Below, piece by piece: positions 38,161 to 46,366 of a stretch of 64,000 nucleotides of DNA. The stretch is from Minisyncoccota bacterium (GTDB lineage Bacteria; Patescibacteriota; Minisyncoccia; Phycocordibacterales; UBA9973). The notes under the pieces were generated by a model, which saw only the letters and a list, made by a program, of their open reading frames with translations, ran no database searches and had not been told where the DNA came from. Position 1 is the stretch's first letter, and every line of letters starts with the position of its first letter. The position numbers and the translations under genes are program-made. The DNA lies in NCBI GenBank assembly GCA_041665885.1, contig JBAYHY010000003.1, forward strand, positions 4,529 to 68,528, written 5' to 3'.

Positions 38161-38484
38161 GAGTTGTCCATTCCAACCCCCGAGCATTTTTCCAATTTCC
38201 TCTATTTTTACAGACAGAGCAATATATTTTTTATCGTCTATTGATTTTGCTTCCCACAGCACCATCAAAAGTATTTTCAAGGTATCTATTTTTCTAATTG
38301 CCAACCGAACCCACGGGCTTTTTTCTTCCCGAGACAAAAAAGTAGCGGTAGAAATTGCTTCAATAATTTCAATAAACAAAATATCTATCTTTTGTCCGAG
38401 GGAGTATTTATGTATTTTAGGCAAAGTTTGGTAAAAAGTAATCCAAATTAGATAACAGCTCTTAACTTTTGCCAGTACTGGCAA
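38119..38484 (-). CDS. avd: DGR accessory variability determinant (Avd-like four-helix bundle protein)
   Basis: LPKIHKYSLGQKI and EIGKMLGGW motifs, 121 aa, between TR and RT; start codon uncertain (TTG). Confidence 0.88.
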   Translation of the reverse strand: MPVLAKVKSCYLIWITFYQTLPKIHKYSLGQKIDILFIEIIEAISTATFLSREEKSPWVRLAIRKIDTLKILLMVLWEAKSIDDKKYIALSVKIEEIGKMLGGWNGQLQKQNSPAVKAREK

Positions 38485-38502
38485 AAGTTGGGGGGGGGGG
38501 GG
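38464..38502. repeat. Perfect 26-bp palindrome immediately followed by a G13 homopolymer
   Basis: aacttttgccagt|actggcaaaagtt (38464-38489), then G at 38490-38502. Confidence 0.9.
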
Positions 38503-38518
38503 TACTATTATAAATACT

Positions 38519-39550
38519 ATGTCCCATATTCAATTTATTCATACTTACGATACTATCACTTCTATTGAAAATTTGCTTCTGGCGTGGAAAGAATTTATTC
38601 TTGGCAAGAAGAATCGTAAAGATGTGCAAGAGTTTGAAAGGAATTTAATGACTAACATTATTCTGCTGCATCAAGACTTAGTAAATAAAACATACAAACA
38701 TTCTCAATATGAAGCATTTAATATTTCTGATCCGAAACCGCGGAATATTCACAAGGCGAAAGTGCGAGATAGGTTACTGCATCACGCTATTTGTCGAGTG
38801 CTTTATCTGTTTTTTGATAGAACATTTATTACCGACTCCTATTCGTGCAGAGTAAACAAAGGAACCCATAAAGCGATAAATAGGTTTAGAAAGTTTGCTT
38901 ATCAGGCATCAAAAAACCATACGAAAACGGTTTGGGTTTTAAAAGGAGATATAAAAAAGTTTTTTGCTAACATTAACCACAATATTTTAAAATCAATTCT
39001 TAAAGAACACATACAGGACAAAAATATTTTATGGCTTTTGTTTCAAATTGTAGATAGTTTTTATACTCAAAATTCAATCTACGCTATAGCGGAGATAAAA
39101 AAAGGTCTTCCTTTGGGTAATTTAACTTCGCAACTGCTGGTAAATATTTATATGAATGAATTTGACCAATTTATGAAACATAAAATTAAGGCGAAATATT
39201 ATATTCGTTATGCGGACGATTTTGTAATTTTATCTAGTGACAAAAAATGGCTGATAAATATATTGCCTCAAATAAAAGATTTTCTAGAAAACGAACTCAA
39301 GCTTTCTTTGCATCCCACAAAACTATCAATAAGCACGGTTGCCTCGGGCGTAGATTTTCTGGGTTGGGTTTTGTTTCCAGACCATAGAGTGGTTAGAACT
39401 ATTACCAAACAAAGAATGTTTAGGGGCATAAAAAAGAAACAAGGAAATTTTGAAACGGTGCAATCCTACCTAGGGTTACTTAGTCATGGTAATGCAAGGG
39501 GGCTAGAATGGAAAGTCAGGAACGATTCAGGGTTTAGTAGTGAAATTTGA
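38519..39550 (+). CDS. DGR reverse transcriptase
   Basis: PKPRNI, RDRLLHHA, SYSCR..KGTHKA, LKGDIKKFF, GLPLGNLTSQ, YIRYADDF, GVDFLG; 343 aa with no maturase/endonuclease tail. Confidence 0.96.
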   Translation: MSHIQFIHTYDTITSIENLLLAWKEFILGKKNRKDVQEFERNLMTNIILLHQDLVNKTYKHSQYEAFNISDPKPRNIHKAKVRDRLLHHAICRVLYLFFDRTFITDSYSCRVNKGTHKAINRFRKFAYQASKNHTKTVWVLKGDIKKFFANINHNILKSILKEHIQDKNILWLLFQIVDSFYTQNSIYAIAEIKKGLPLGNLTSQLLVNIYMNEFDQFMKHKIKAKYYIRYADDFVILSSDKKWLINILPQIKDFLENELKLSLHPTKLSISTVASGVDFLGWVLFPDHRVVRTITKQRMFRGIKKKQGNFETVQSYLGLLSHGNARGLEWKVRNDSGFSSEI

Positions 39551-39575
39551 CTCTTTTGGGATTATTTGCTAATAT
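39547..39575 (+). promoter_or_regulatory. Promoter restarting the spc operon after the DGR
   Basis: TTGACT overlapping the RT stop codon, 17-bp spacer, TGcTAATAT. Confidence 0.6.
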
Positions 39576-39757
39576 CAGAGCAAGGGAATATGGCTTTGAT
39601 TAATCCACTTTTCTCCTTTAAATTCATGCTCTCCTCTCCTTCGGGGAGGTCGGGAGGGGTTTAAAGAAAAAAAGTGACCCGTTCGAGTAGAACTCAGGGT
39701 CATGGTGAGTGAAAACGAACCATGAGATATTAACAGGGCAATCCTGATAAATTATTT

Positions 39758-39943
39758 ATGGCAAAAACATCAGTAAAAGCTAGGGCAGCAAAAAAACCAA
39801 AATTCTCTACACGACAGAAAAATCGATGTTTTCGTTGCGGGCGAGGAAATGGTTTTATGCGTGATTTTGGCATCTGTCGTATTTGTTTCAGAGAATTAGC
39901 AAACGAAGGAATGCTTCCAGGTGTTAGAAAATCTTCTTGGTAG
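39758..39943 (+). CDS. rpsN: 30S ribosomal protein S14 (zinc-binding type)
   Basis: RCFRCGR...[19 protein letters not shown]. Confidence 0.98.
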   Translation: MAKTSVKARAAKKPKFSTRQKNRCFRCGRGNGFMRDFGICRICFRELANEGMLPGVRKSSW

Positions 39944-39954
39944 AATAAAATTTT

Positions 39955-40341
39955 ATGGATCAAATTTCAAATATGATAATAATAATGAAGAACGGAAGCT
40001 TGGCAGGCAAGGATACTGTAGCTTTTCCATATTCAAAGATGAAAAACGCGATTGCTGAATGTTTGAAGAAAGATGGCTATATTTCTGAAGTTTCTAAAAA
40101 AACAAAAAATGGACAACCGGTTTTAGAAGTCGAACTTATTTACATAGATAAAAAACCAAAAATTACTGAAGTGGAAAGAATTTCTAAACAATCCCGCCGG
40201 GTTTATTTCGGCATGAAAGACATTCATTCTGTCAGGAACGGTTCAGGCTTGCTGGTGCTTTCTACCCCCAAGGGGATTTTATCAGGTAAAGATGCTCGCA
40301 AAGAACAAGTCGGAGGCGAAGCCTTGTTTAGGCTGTGGTAG
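39955..40341 (+). CDS. rpsH: 30S ribosomal protein S8
   Basis: RISKQSRRVY, LSTPKGI, VGGE. Confidence 0.97.
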   Translation: MDQISNMIIIMKNGSLAGKDTVAFPYSKMKNAIAECLKKDGYISEVSKKTKNGQPVLEVELIYIDKKPKITEVERISKQSRRVYFGMKDIHSVRNGSGLLVLSTPKGILSGKDARKEQVGGEALFRLW

Positions 40342-40361
40342 TTTTTTTAGGTAATAAATAT

Positions 40362-40895
40362 ATGAGTAGAATAGGCAAACAAGAAATCTTAATACCAGCC
40401 GGAGTAAAAGTCACCCAAAGTGGCGATGTCATTACTGTCGTGGGCCCCAAGGGAACCCTTACTAAAATTTTTAGAGACGACATTGCCATTACTATTACCG
40501 ACAAAATGATAACTTTAAATATTAAAAGAAACGATAAGTTTTCCAAATCGCTCTGGGGCACTTATGCTTCACATATCAAGAATATGATCAAGGGGGTAGA
40601 GACTCCATATCAAAAGAAATTAATTTTGGAAGGGGTTGGTTTTAAGTCTGAGGTCAAGGGAAAAGAATTTCATTTTGCTCTTGGTTTTTCTCATCCCGTT
40701 GTCGTCGCTATTCCCGAAGGGATTACCGCCACCGCCGAGAAGAACGTCATTACTATTACTGGTATTGATAAAGAATTAGTCGGGAGTTTTACCGCAGCAA
40801 TTCGTGCTTTGAAAAAGCCGGAACCATATAAAGGTAAAGGCATGCGTTACGAAGGGGAAGTTATCAGACGAAAACAAGGTAAAAAGACCGTATAA
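40362..40895 (+). CDS. rplF: 50S ribosomal protein L6
   Basis: MSRIGK start at 40362, LGFSHP, PEPYKGKG. Confidence 0.98.
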   Translation: MSRIGKQEILIPAGVKVTQSGDVITVVGPKGTLTKIFRDDIAITITDKMITLNIKRNDKFSKSLWGTYASHIKNMIKGVETPYQKKLILEGVGFKSEVKGKEFHFALGFSHPVVVAIPEGITATAEKNVITITGIDKELVGSFTAAIRALKKPEPYKGKGMRYEGEVIRRKQGKKTV

Positions 40896-40900
40896 ATAAA

Positions 40901-41242
40901 ATGATTAAAAAAACAGACAAAAGAATAAGACTGAAGAAAAAAATCAGAGTAAAGATTAAGGGCACAGATGCGCGCCCACGTCTGACTGTTTTTCGTTCCA
41001 ATAAATTTATTTATGCGCAAGTTATTAATGACATGACGGGGAAAACTTTGGTTCAGGCGAGTGATGCAAAGATAAAAAAAGGAACCAAGACAGAAAGAGC
41101 CAAAGAAGTAGGAAAGGCCATCGGAGCTGCTTGTCTTGCCGCCAAAATTAAAAAAGTGGTTTTTGACCGCAACGGATTTAAATACACCGGAAGAATAAAA
41201 TTAGTAGCCGACGAAGCTAGGGCCGGGGGTCTAGAATTTTAA
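40901..41242 (+). CDS. rplR: 50S ribosomal protein L18
   Basis: RPRLTVFRSNK, VFDRNGFKYTGRI. Confidence 0.97.
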   Translation: MIKKTDKRIRLKKKIRVKIKGTDARPRLTVFRSNKFIYAQVINDMTGKTLVQASDAKIKKGTKTERAKEVGKAIGAACLAAKIKKVVFDRNGFKYTGRIKLVADEARAGGLEF

Positions 41243-41246
41243 TATT

Positions 41247-41843
41247 ATGGAAAAGACAAAAGACAACACAAAAGATAATACAAGAGGAAAGAGAAACAGC
41301 GGTCGTCGAGGATCGTCCTTCAATAGAGTGAAACCTGAATTTGATCAGAAGATTTTGAATATTCGTCGAGTTACTCGTGTTGTCGCTGGTGGTCGCAGAT
41401 TCTCTTTTTCCGTTGCTCTAGTGGCGGGAGATGGGAAGGGGGCTGTGGGGCTTGGCTTAGGAAAAGCCGGAGACACGGCTTTGGCTATCAACAAAGCGCT
41501 TCGAAATGCAAAGAAAAATATGGTTAGATTAAAACTCACGAAAACGATGTCTATCCCGCATGAACTGCATGCCAAATTTTCAAGTTCGCGTGTCATGTTG
41601 AAGCCGAATAAGGGCCGTGGGTTAGTCGCTGGGTCTGTGCTTCGTGATATTATCAATCTTTCCGGCGTGAAGGATATTACAGGAAAAATTTTGTCCAACA
41701 GCAAGAACAAATTGAACAATGCTAAAGCAGTAATGGCAGCTTTGGCTACTATTTCTATAAAATATGAAAAAATAGTTCCAGGAGCTACCGTTGTCGCTAA
41801 TAAGGAAGTTATTGTTCCGGAAATTGAAAAAGAATCCCAGTAG
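41247..41843 (+). CDS. rpsE: 30S ribosomal protein S5
   Basis: RRVTRVVAGGRRFSF, GLGKA. Confidence 0.97.
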   Translation: MEKTKDNTKDNTRGKRNSGRRGSSFNRVKPEFDQKILNIRRVTRVVAGGRRFSFSVALVAGDGKGAVGLGLGKAGDTALAINKALRNAKKNMVRLKLTKTMSIPHELHAKFSSSRVMLKPNKGRGLVAGSVLRDIINLSGVKDITGKILSNSKNKLNNAKAVMAALATISIKYEKIVPGATVVANKEVIVPEIEKESQ

Positions 41844-41865
41844 TAGAGTAGAGCTCACTACGGGA
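41835..41865 (+). repeat. REP-like hairpin family copy C (overlaps rpsE stop)
   Basis: tcccagtagtaga-gtagag-ctcactacggga. Confidence 0.65.
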
Positions 41866-41880
41866 CAAGTAATAAAATAT

Positions 41881-42207
41881 ATGCAAATACATAATTTAAA
41901 AAGAGTACATAAGAATAAAAAAGACAGGATTGTTGGCCGTGGTGGCAAACATGCCAAGACTTCTGGTCGCGGAGGCAAGGGGCAGACGGCCAGAGCAGGG
42001 AACAAGCGCCGTCCAGAGCTTCGTGATATTATTAAGAAATTACCTAAGAATCGTGGATATCAATTCAAGTCTATTCAAAAAGTATATATCCTAAAGAAGG
42101 ACAAGCTCGTCTCTCAAAAAGATACAAAGAAAAACACCAAGCAAGAAAGTTTTTCTGAAATTAGAAAACGATTGGGAATCAAGGGAAAAAAAATCAGAAT
42201 AAAATAA
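41881..42207 (+). CDS. rplO: 50S ribosomal protein L15 (shortened C-terminus)
   Basis: RIVGRGGKHAKTSGRGGKGQTARAG, KLPK; start at ATG 41881. Confidence 0.9.
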   Translation: MQIHNLKRVHKNKKDRIVGRGGKHAKTSGRGGKGQTARAGNKRRPELRDIIKKLPKNRGYQFKSIQKVYILKKDKLVSQKDTKKNTKQESFSEIRKRLGIKGKKIRIK

Positions 42208-42282
42208 AAGACTTGTCCCGTACTAAATTTTTGATTACGGGGCATAAAGATGAAGATTATTAATTAAAATTTTAGTACTGGG

Positions 42283-43554
42283 ATGGAAAATTTCTTAAAC
42301 AAATTAAAATTAATTTGGACGGATAAAATTTTACGGAAGAAAGTTTTGTTTGTTTTTGGGGCTTTGGTTGTATTCAGATTACTCGCCGCTGTCCCTATTC
42401 CCGGGATTGACACCGTGGAGCTGACCAGATTTCTTTCCAATAACCAATTTTTTGGTATCTTAAACATATTTTCCGGTGGTGGACTTTCCAACCTTTCCAT
42501 CATCATGCTCGGAGTGGGGCCATATATCACCGGCTCCATCATTATGCAGCTTCTGACCATTATGGTGCCTGCTTTGAAAAGAATTTACCACGAAGAAGGC
42601 GAAGCTGGGCGAAAAAAATTTGCTCAATATTCTAGACTTTTGACCGTTCCGCTTGCCGCCATCCAGGGCTTTAGTCTTTTATATATTCTTGAACAGCAAA
42701 ATATTTTATATAATTTAACTGCTTTCGACCGTATTACCAATCTATTTATCGTTGTCGCCGGCTCGGTGCTGATAATGTGGATTGGTGAGCTCATGACAGA
42801 ATTTGGCATTGGCAATGGGGTGTCCCTCATAATTTTCGCTGGAATCGTCTCTAGACTTCCTTCTTGGGTTAGTCAAAACATTTTTACTTTCGATGTTTCT
42901 CAAATTCCATTGTACCTTGTCTTTGCTGTAGTGGGGATTCTTATTTTGGCAGGAATTGTTTTGGTGACCGAGGCAGAACGACCAATTCCGGTCACGTATG
43001 CGAAGCGTGTTCGAGGGATGAAAATGTACGGTGGTGGTTCTACGTATTTACCTTTGCGGGTCAATCAAGCGGGCGTTATTCCGATAATCTTTGCGCTTTC
43101 TATTTTACTTTTCCCTCAAATGATCGGTACTTTTCTTTCTAGATTTAGCAATGTAATTGTCGCAAAAATCTCCGGTTTTTTAATTGCTTTCAACCAAACT
43201 TCGGTTCTTTACGCTATCCTTTACTTTATTTTTGTGTTTATGTTTACGTACTTTTATACTGCTGTTACTTTCGACCCGGAAGAGCTTTCAACTAATTTGC
43301 AAAAAAATGGAGCTTTCATTCCTGGAATTCGCCCGGGCCCATCTACCTCGGAGTATATTTCAAAGGTTTTAAGTCGAATTACCCTTTTAGGAGCAGTCTT
43401 TTTGGGTTTTGTCGCCGTTTTGCCTCTCATTATGCAATTTATCACCGGCAATAAATCCTTTGCGATAGGGGGAACTTCTATCCTCATCGTTGTTTCTGTT
43501 GTGCTTGATTTGATTAAGAAAGTCGACGCGCAAGTATCAATGCGGGAATACTAG
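42283..43554 (+). CDS. secY: Preprotein translocase subunit SecY
   Basis: LGVGPYITGSII, GIGNGVSLIIFAGI, FIPGIRPG, GGTSILIVV. Confidence 0.98.
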   Translation: MENFLNKLKLIWTDKILRKKVLFVFGALVVFRLLAAVPIPGIDTVELTRFLSNNQFFGILNIFSGGGLSNLSIIMLGVGPYITGSIIMQLLTIMVPALKRIYHEEGEAGRKKFAQYSRLLTVPLAAIQGFSLLYILEQQNILYNLTAFDRITNLFIVVAGSVLIMWIGELMTEFGIGNGVSLIIFAGIVSRLPSWVSQNIFTFDVSQIPLYLVFAVVGILILAGIVLVTEAERPIPVTYAKRVRGMKMYGGGSTYLPLRVNQAGVIPIIFALSILLFPQMIGTFLSRFSNVIVAKISGFLIAFNQTSVLYAILYFIFVFMFTYFYTAVTFDPEELSTNLQKNGAFIPGIRPGPSTSEYISKVLSRITLLGAVFLGFVAVLPLIMQFITGNKSFAIGGTSILIVVSVVLDLIKKVDAQVSMREY

Positions 43555-44120
43555 TTTTCATTTATCCACTTTTTATATCGAGAGATGATAGTGTCAACAA
43601 CCTTTTGTAGGTTGTTTTCATTTGTGTCGATAATTAAATCAAAGTTATTTTTATCTTTATTGTTTATCTTATACAAATCCCAGTATCTTTTTTGCTCACT
43701 TTCAAAGCGTTCTTTCATTTTTTCATAAACCTCATCAAGCGATGATACTTGCTCACTCTGTTTACGCAACGCATCATCTTTGATGCTGTTCAATATCCTA
43801 ACTTTTGCAATATCTTGAGGCAGTTCCAGATAGACCTTGAATGATTCGGGTATCCAGTGATATGCCGTCCGTGAATCAATGACAATTTTTTCTTCGTTTC
43901 GCATGTCTCGTAGTTTTTGATCAGTCATTTCGTCTATTTTTGAATCCGTTTCAGCTTTTTTATTTATTTCATTAATCGATAAACCCAATTCTAGTCCAAC
44001 CTGCCGAAAAAAATCCCCCGAAGAAAAATGTTCAAAACCCAAAATTTTTGCCACTTCTTTGGCGGTGCTTGATTTTCCGCTTCCTAGGTCCCCGCAGATA
44101 GTAATAATTTGTTTTTTCAT
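43551..44120 (-). CDS. cmk: Cytidylate kinase, short archaeal-like type
   Basis: ITICGDLGSGKSS, SSGDFFR, IDSR, RYWDLY, FDLIIDT. Confidence 0.8.
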   Translation of the reverse strand: MKKQIITICGDLGSGKSSTAKEVAKILGFEHFSSGDFFRQVGLELGLSINEINKKAETDSKIDEMTDQKLRDMRNEEKIVIDSRTAYHWIPESFKVYLELPQDIAKVRILNSIKDDALRKQSEQVSSLDEVYEKMKERFESEQKRYWDLYKINNKDKNNFDLIIDTNENNLQKVVDTIISRYKKWINEN

Positions 44121-44142
44121 AATTTATGCTATTATAACACAT

Positions 44143-44730
44143 ATGAAATCACAGACTTTAGTATTTTTTGGAATAGTTGGTTCTGGGAAGGGAACTCAAG
44201 TAGAACTTTTGACCAATTATCTCAAGGATAAGGACAACAAAGATATATTATATGCAGGCACTGGAGAAGAGTTTAGAAAATTAATCGGCACAGAAAGCTA
44301 TACGGCTCGCCGGGTAAGAGATTCAATTTTAAAAGGGGAACTCCAACCTGATTTTTTGACCACCACACTTTTTACCAATACCCTTATTCATTCCCTGGGG
44401 GAGGAGGAACATTTAATCGCAGATGGTTACCCTAGAACAGTAGCTCAGGCAGAGAGTTTCGATTTGATGATGAAGTTCTTCAGGCGAGACAAAATAAAAA
44501 TTATTTACATTAAAATTAGCGAAGAAGAAGCCCTCAAGCGTAATTTGTTGCGAGGTAGGGAAGATGACACAGAGGGCGGCATTGCCAGAAGAATTGAAGA
44601 ATATAAAAACAATGTTATTCCGGCGATGGATTATTTCAAAGACAGGGACGGTTATGAAATTTGCACAGTGAACGGAGAACAGAGCAGGGAGGATGTTTAT
44701 AAGGATATGATTAAGGCCCTAGGATTTTAA
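44143..44730 (+). CDS. adk: Adenylate kinase family protein (short LID)
   Basis: GSGKGTQ, DGYPRT..QA, RGREDD; position between secY and map; start at ATG 44143. Confidence 0.85.
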   Translation: MKSQTLVFFGIVGSGKGTQVELLTNYLKDKDNKDILYAGTGEEFRKLIGTESYTARRVRDSILKGELQPDFLTTTLFTNTLIHSLGEEEHLIADGYPRTVAQAESFDLMMKFFRRDKIKIIYIKISEEEALKRNLLRGREDDTEGGIARRIEEYKNNVIPAMDYFKDRDGYEICTVNGEQSREDVYKDMIKALGF

Positions 44731-44734
44731 GGAC

Positions 44735-45412
44735 ATGGAAACAATTATTATTTCACTCGGGGGGTCTCTTATCGTGCCAGAAGAGATAGATATCGATTTT
44801 CTGAAAGATTTTAAAAAATTAATATTATCCGAAACCGCGAAAAATAAAAAATTTTTCATAATTACCGGAGGGGGCAAGATATGCAGAAAATATCAAAGTG
44901 CAGCCACCGAACTTTCCAATCCATCTTCCGAGGATTTGGACTGGATAGGAATAGCTTCTTTAAAATTAAACGCTGAATTGCTTCGGGTGATTTTTGGTGA
45001 GGATGCACACGGTAAAGTTATTTCAGATCCATCCTCTCAGTTTTCTTTTGACAAGCCGATAGTAATTGGTTCGGCCTTTGGGCCCGGACGCAGTACGGAT
45101 TGGGACGCCGTAGAGGGGGCAAAAAACCTCGGGGCAAAAAAAATAATTAATTTATCCAACACTGATTATGTGTATGACTCTGATCCTGAAATAAATCCGA
45201 ACGCGAGGAAAATCGAACAAATTTCCTGGGAAGGTTATCGCGCTCTTATCCCTTCGGAATGGAGCCCAGGGCTTAATTCACCATTCGACCCCATCGCTTC
45301 AAAAATAGCCGAAGAGGAAGGTATGACAGTAGTGATGTTAAACGGCAAACCGGTTGACAATTTGGCTAAATATCTTAAAGGAGAAAATTTTTTAGGAACA
45401 ATAATTTTATAA
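44735..45412 (+). CDS. pyrH: UMP kinase, archaeal-like type
   Basis: ISLGGS, TGGG...RKYQ, PGRSTD, VYDSDP, PFDP. Confidence 0.9.
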   Translation: METIIISLGGSLIVPEEIDIDFLKDFKKLILSETAKNKKFFIITGGGKICRKYQSAATELSNPSSEDLDWIGIASLKLNAELLRVIFGEDAHGKVISDPSSQFSFDKPIVIGSAFGPGRSTDWDAVEGAKNLGAKKIINLSNTDYVYDSDPEINPNARKIEQISWEGYRALIPSEWSPGLNSPFDPIASKIAEEEGMTVVMLNGKPVDNLAKYLKGENFLGTIIL

Positions 45413-45432
45413 CATTAAAAACATAATTAACA

Positions 45433-46221
45433 ATGATAATAATCAAAACACCGGAAGAAATTGAAATACTGAGAGAAGGGGGCAAGAGGTTGGCTACCGC
45501 TCTTTATAAAGTGGGCGAGATGGTGAAGCCCGGAATTTCTACCAAAGATTTAGATGATTATGCTTATAAATTGATTAGGGAGATGGGGGATGAGCCTGCT
45601 TTTTTAAATTACAAACCGGAAGGTGCGGACTCGCCATATCCAGCATCAATATGTATTTCGGTAAATAATGAAGTAGTGCATGGAATTCCCAAGAAAGAAA
45701 AAATTTTGAAAGAAGGTGATATTGTTTCTTTAGATTTGGGGTTAAAACATGAAAATCTTTTTACCGACATGGCTATCACTGTCCCGGTCGGGGAAATAAG
45801 TTCCGCCACCAAAAAACTTCTTGAGGTCACGGAGAAATCGTTGAAAGCAGGAATCGAAGTTGCTCAGGGTGGTAACAAAATAGGAGACATTAGTCATGCA
45901 GTGGAGAGTTTTGTTCGTTCCCAAAAGAAGAATCAGCAATATGGAATCGTAGAAATATTGGCTGGACATGGAGTTGGGCGGGCAATCCACGAAGACCCAT
46001 ATATCCCGAATTTTGGGAAGAAGGGGGTGGGAGCGAAGCTTGTACCGGGCATGGTTATAGCCATAGAGCCGATGGTGAACAATGGAACCAAGAATGTGGT
46101 TTTGGATAAAGATGGTTGGACTTTCCGTACAGCAGATGGTAAAAAAAGTGCCCATTTTGAACATACCATTTTGATTACTGATGGTGAGCCGGAAATTTTA
46201 ACGAAGATTACAAAAGATTAA
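45433..46221 (+). CDS. map: Methionine aminopeptidase type I
   Basis: CISVNNEVVHGIP, GHGVG..IHEDP, AIEPM, AHFEHT. Confidence 0.97.
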   Translation: MIIIKTPEEIEILREGGKRLATALYKVGEMVKPGISTKDLDDYAYKLIREMGDEPAFLNYKPEGADSPYPASICISVNNEVVHGIPKKEKILKEGDIVSLDLGLKHENLFTDMAITVPVGEISSATKKLLEVTEKSLKAGIEVAQGGNKIGDISHAVESFVRSQKKNQQYGIVEILAGHGVGRAIHEDPYIPNFGKKGVGAKLVPGMVIAIEPMVNNGTKNVVLDKDGWTFRTADGKKSAHFEHTILITDGEPEILTKITKD

Positions 46222-46348
46222 ACTTTTTTTGGTACGGATTTTTTGAAAACTAAAATGTAACAATATCTCGAAAGAAATTTTTGCGCCTTCGCCCTCGGAG
46301 ACATAAGGGCAGGGAACCCACGACGCTTAAAATTCCTTCCGAGATATT
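46221..46348. repeat. Truncated copy of the GGTAC element followed by a long imperfect hairpin
   Basis: ggtacggattttttgaa identical to 61324-61340; stem aatatctcg/cgagatatt spanning 46262-46348. Confidence 0.6.
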
Positions 46349-46366
46349 TGTGTTATAATATAGCAA

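Larger units (their letters stand above)
36862..39550 (+). mobile_element. Diversity-generating retroelement cassette (target-VR, TR, avd, RT)
   Basis: VR/TR pair with adenine-only differences, Avd-like ORF and DGR-type RT within 2.7 kb, between rplE and rpsN. Confidence 0.96.

Noticed and set aside
37871-38434. Plus-strand ORFs 37871-38434 and 37969-38244 as protein genes
   Set aside because: They overlap TR and the antisense of avd; the second simply reads the TR in the VR frame.
38519-39550. Group II intron or retron interpretation of the RT
   Set aside because: No maturase/endonuclease extension or msr-msd seen; adjacent Avd and the adenine-specific TR/VR pair identify a DGR.
39626-39725. 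Terminal repeats or att sites marking the DGR insertion
   Set aside because: Hairpins here resemble generic intergenic repeats and have no matching copy at the rplE-side junction.
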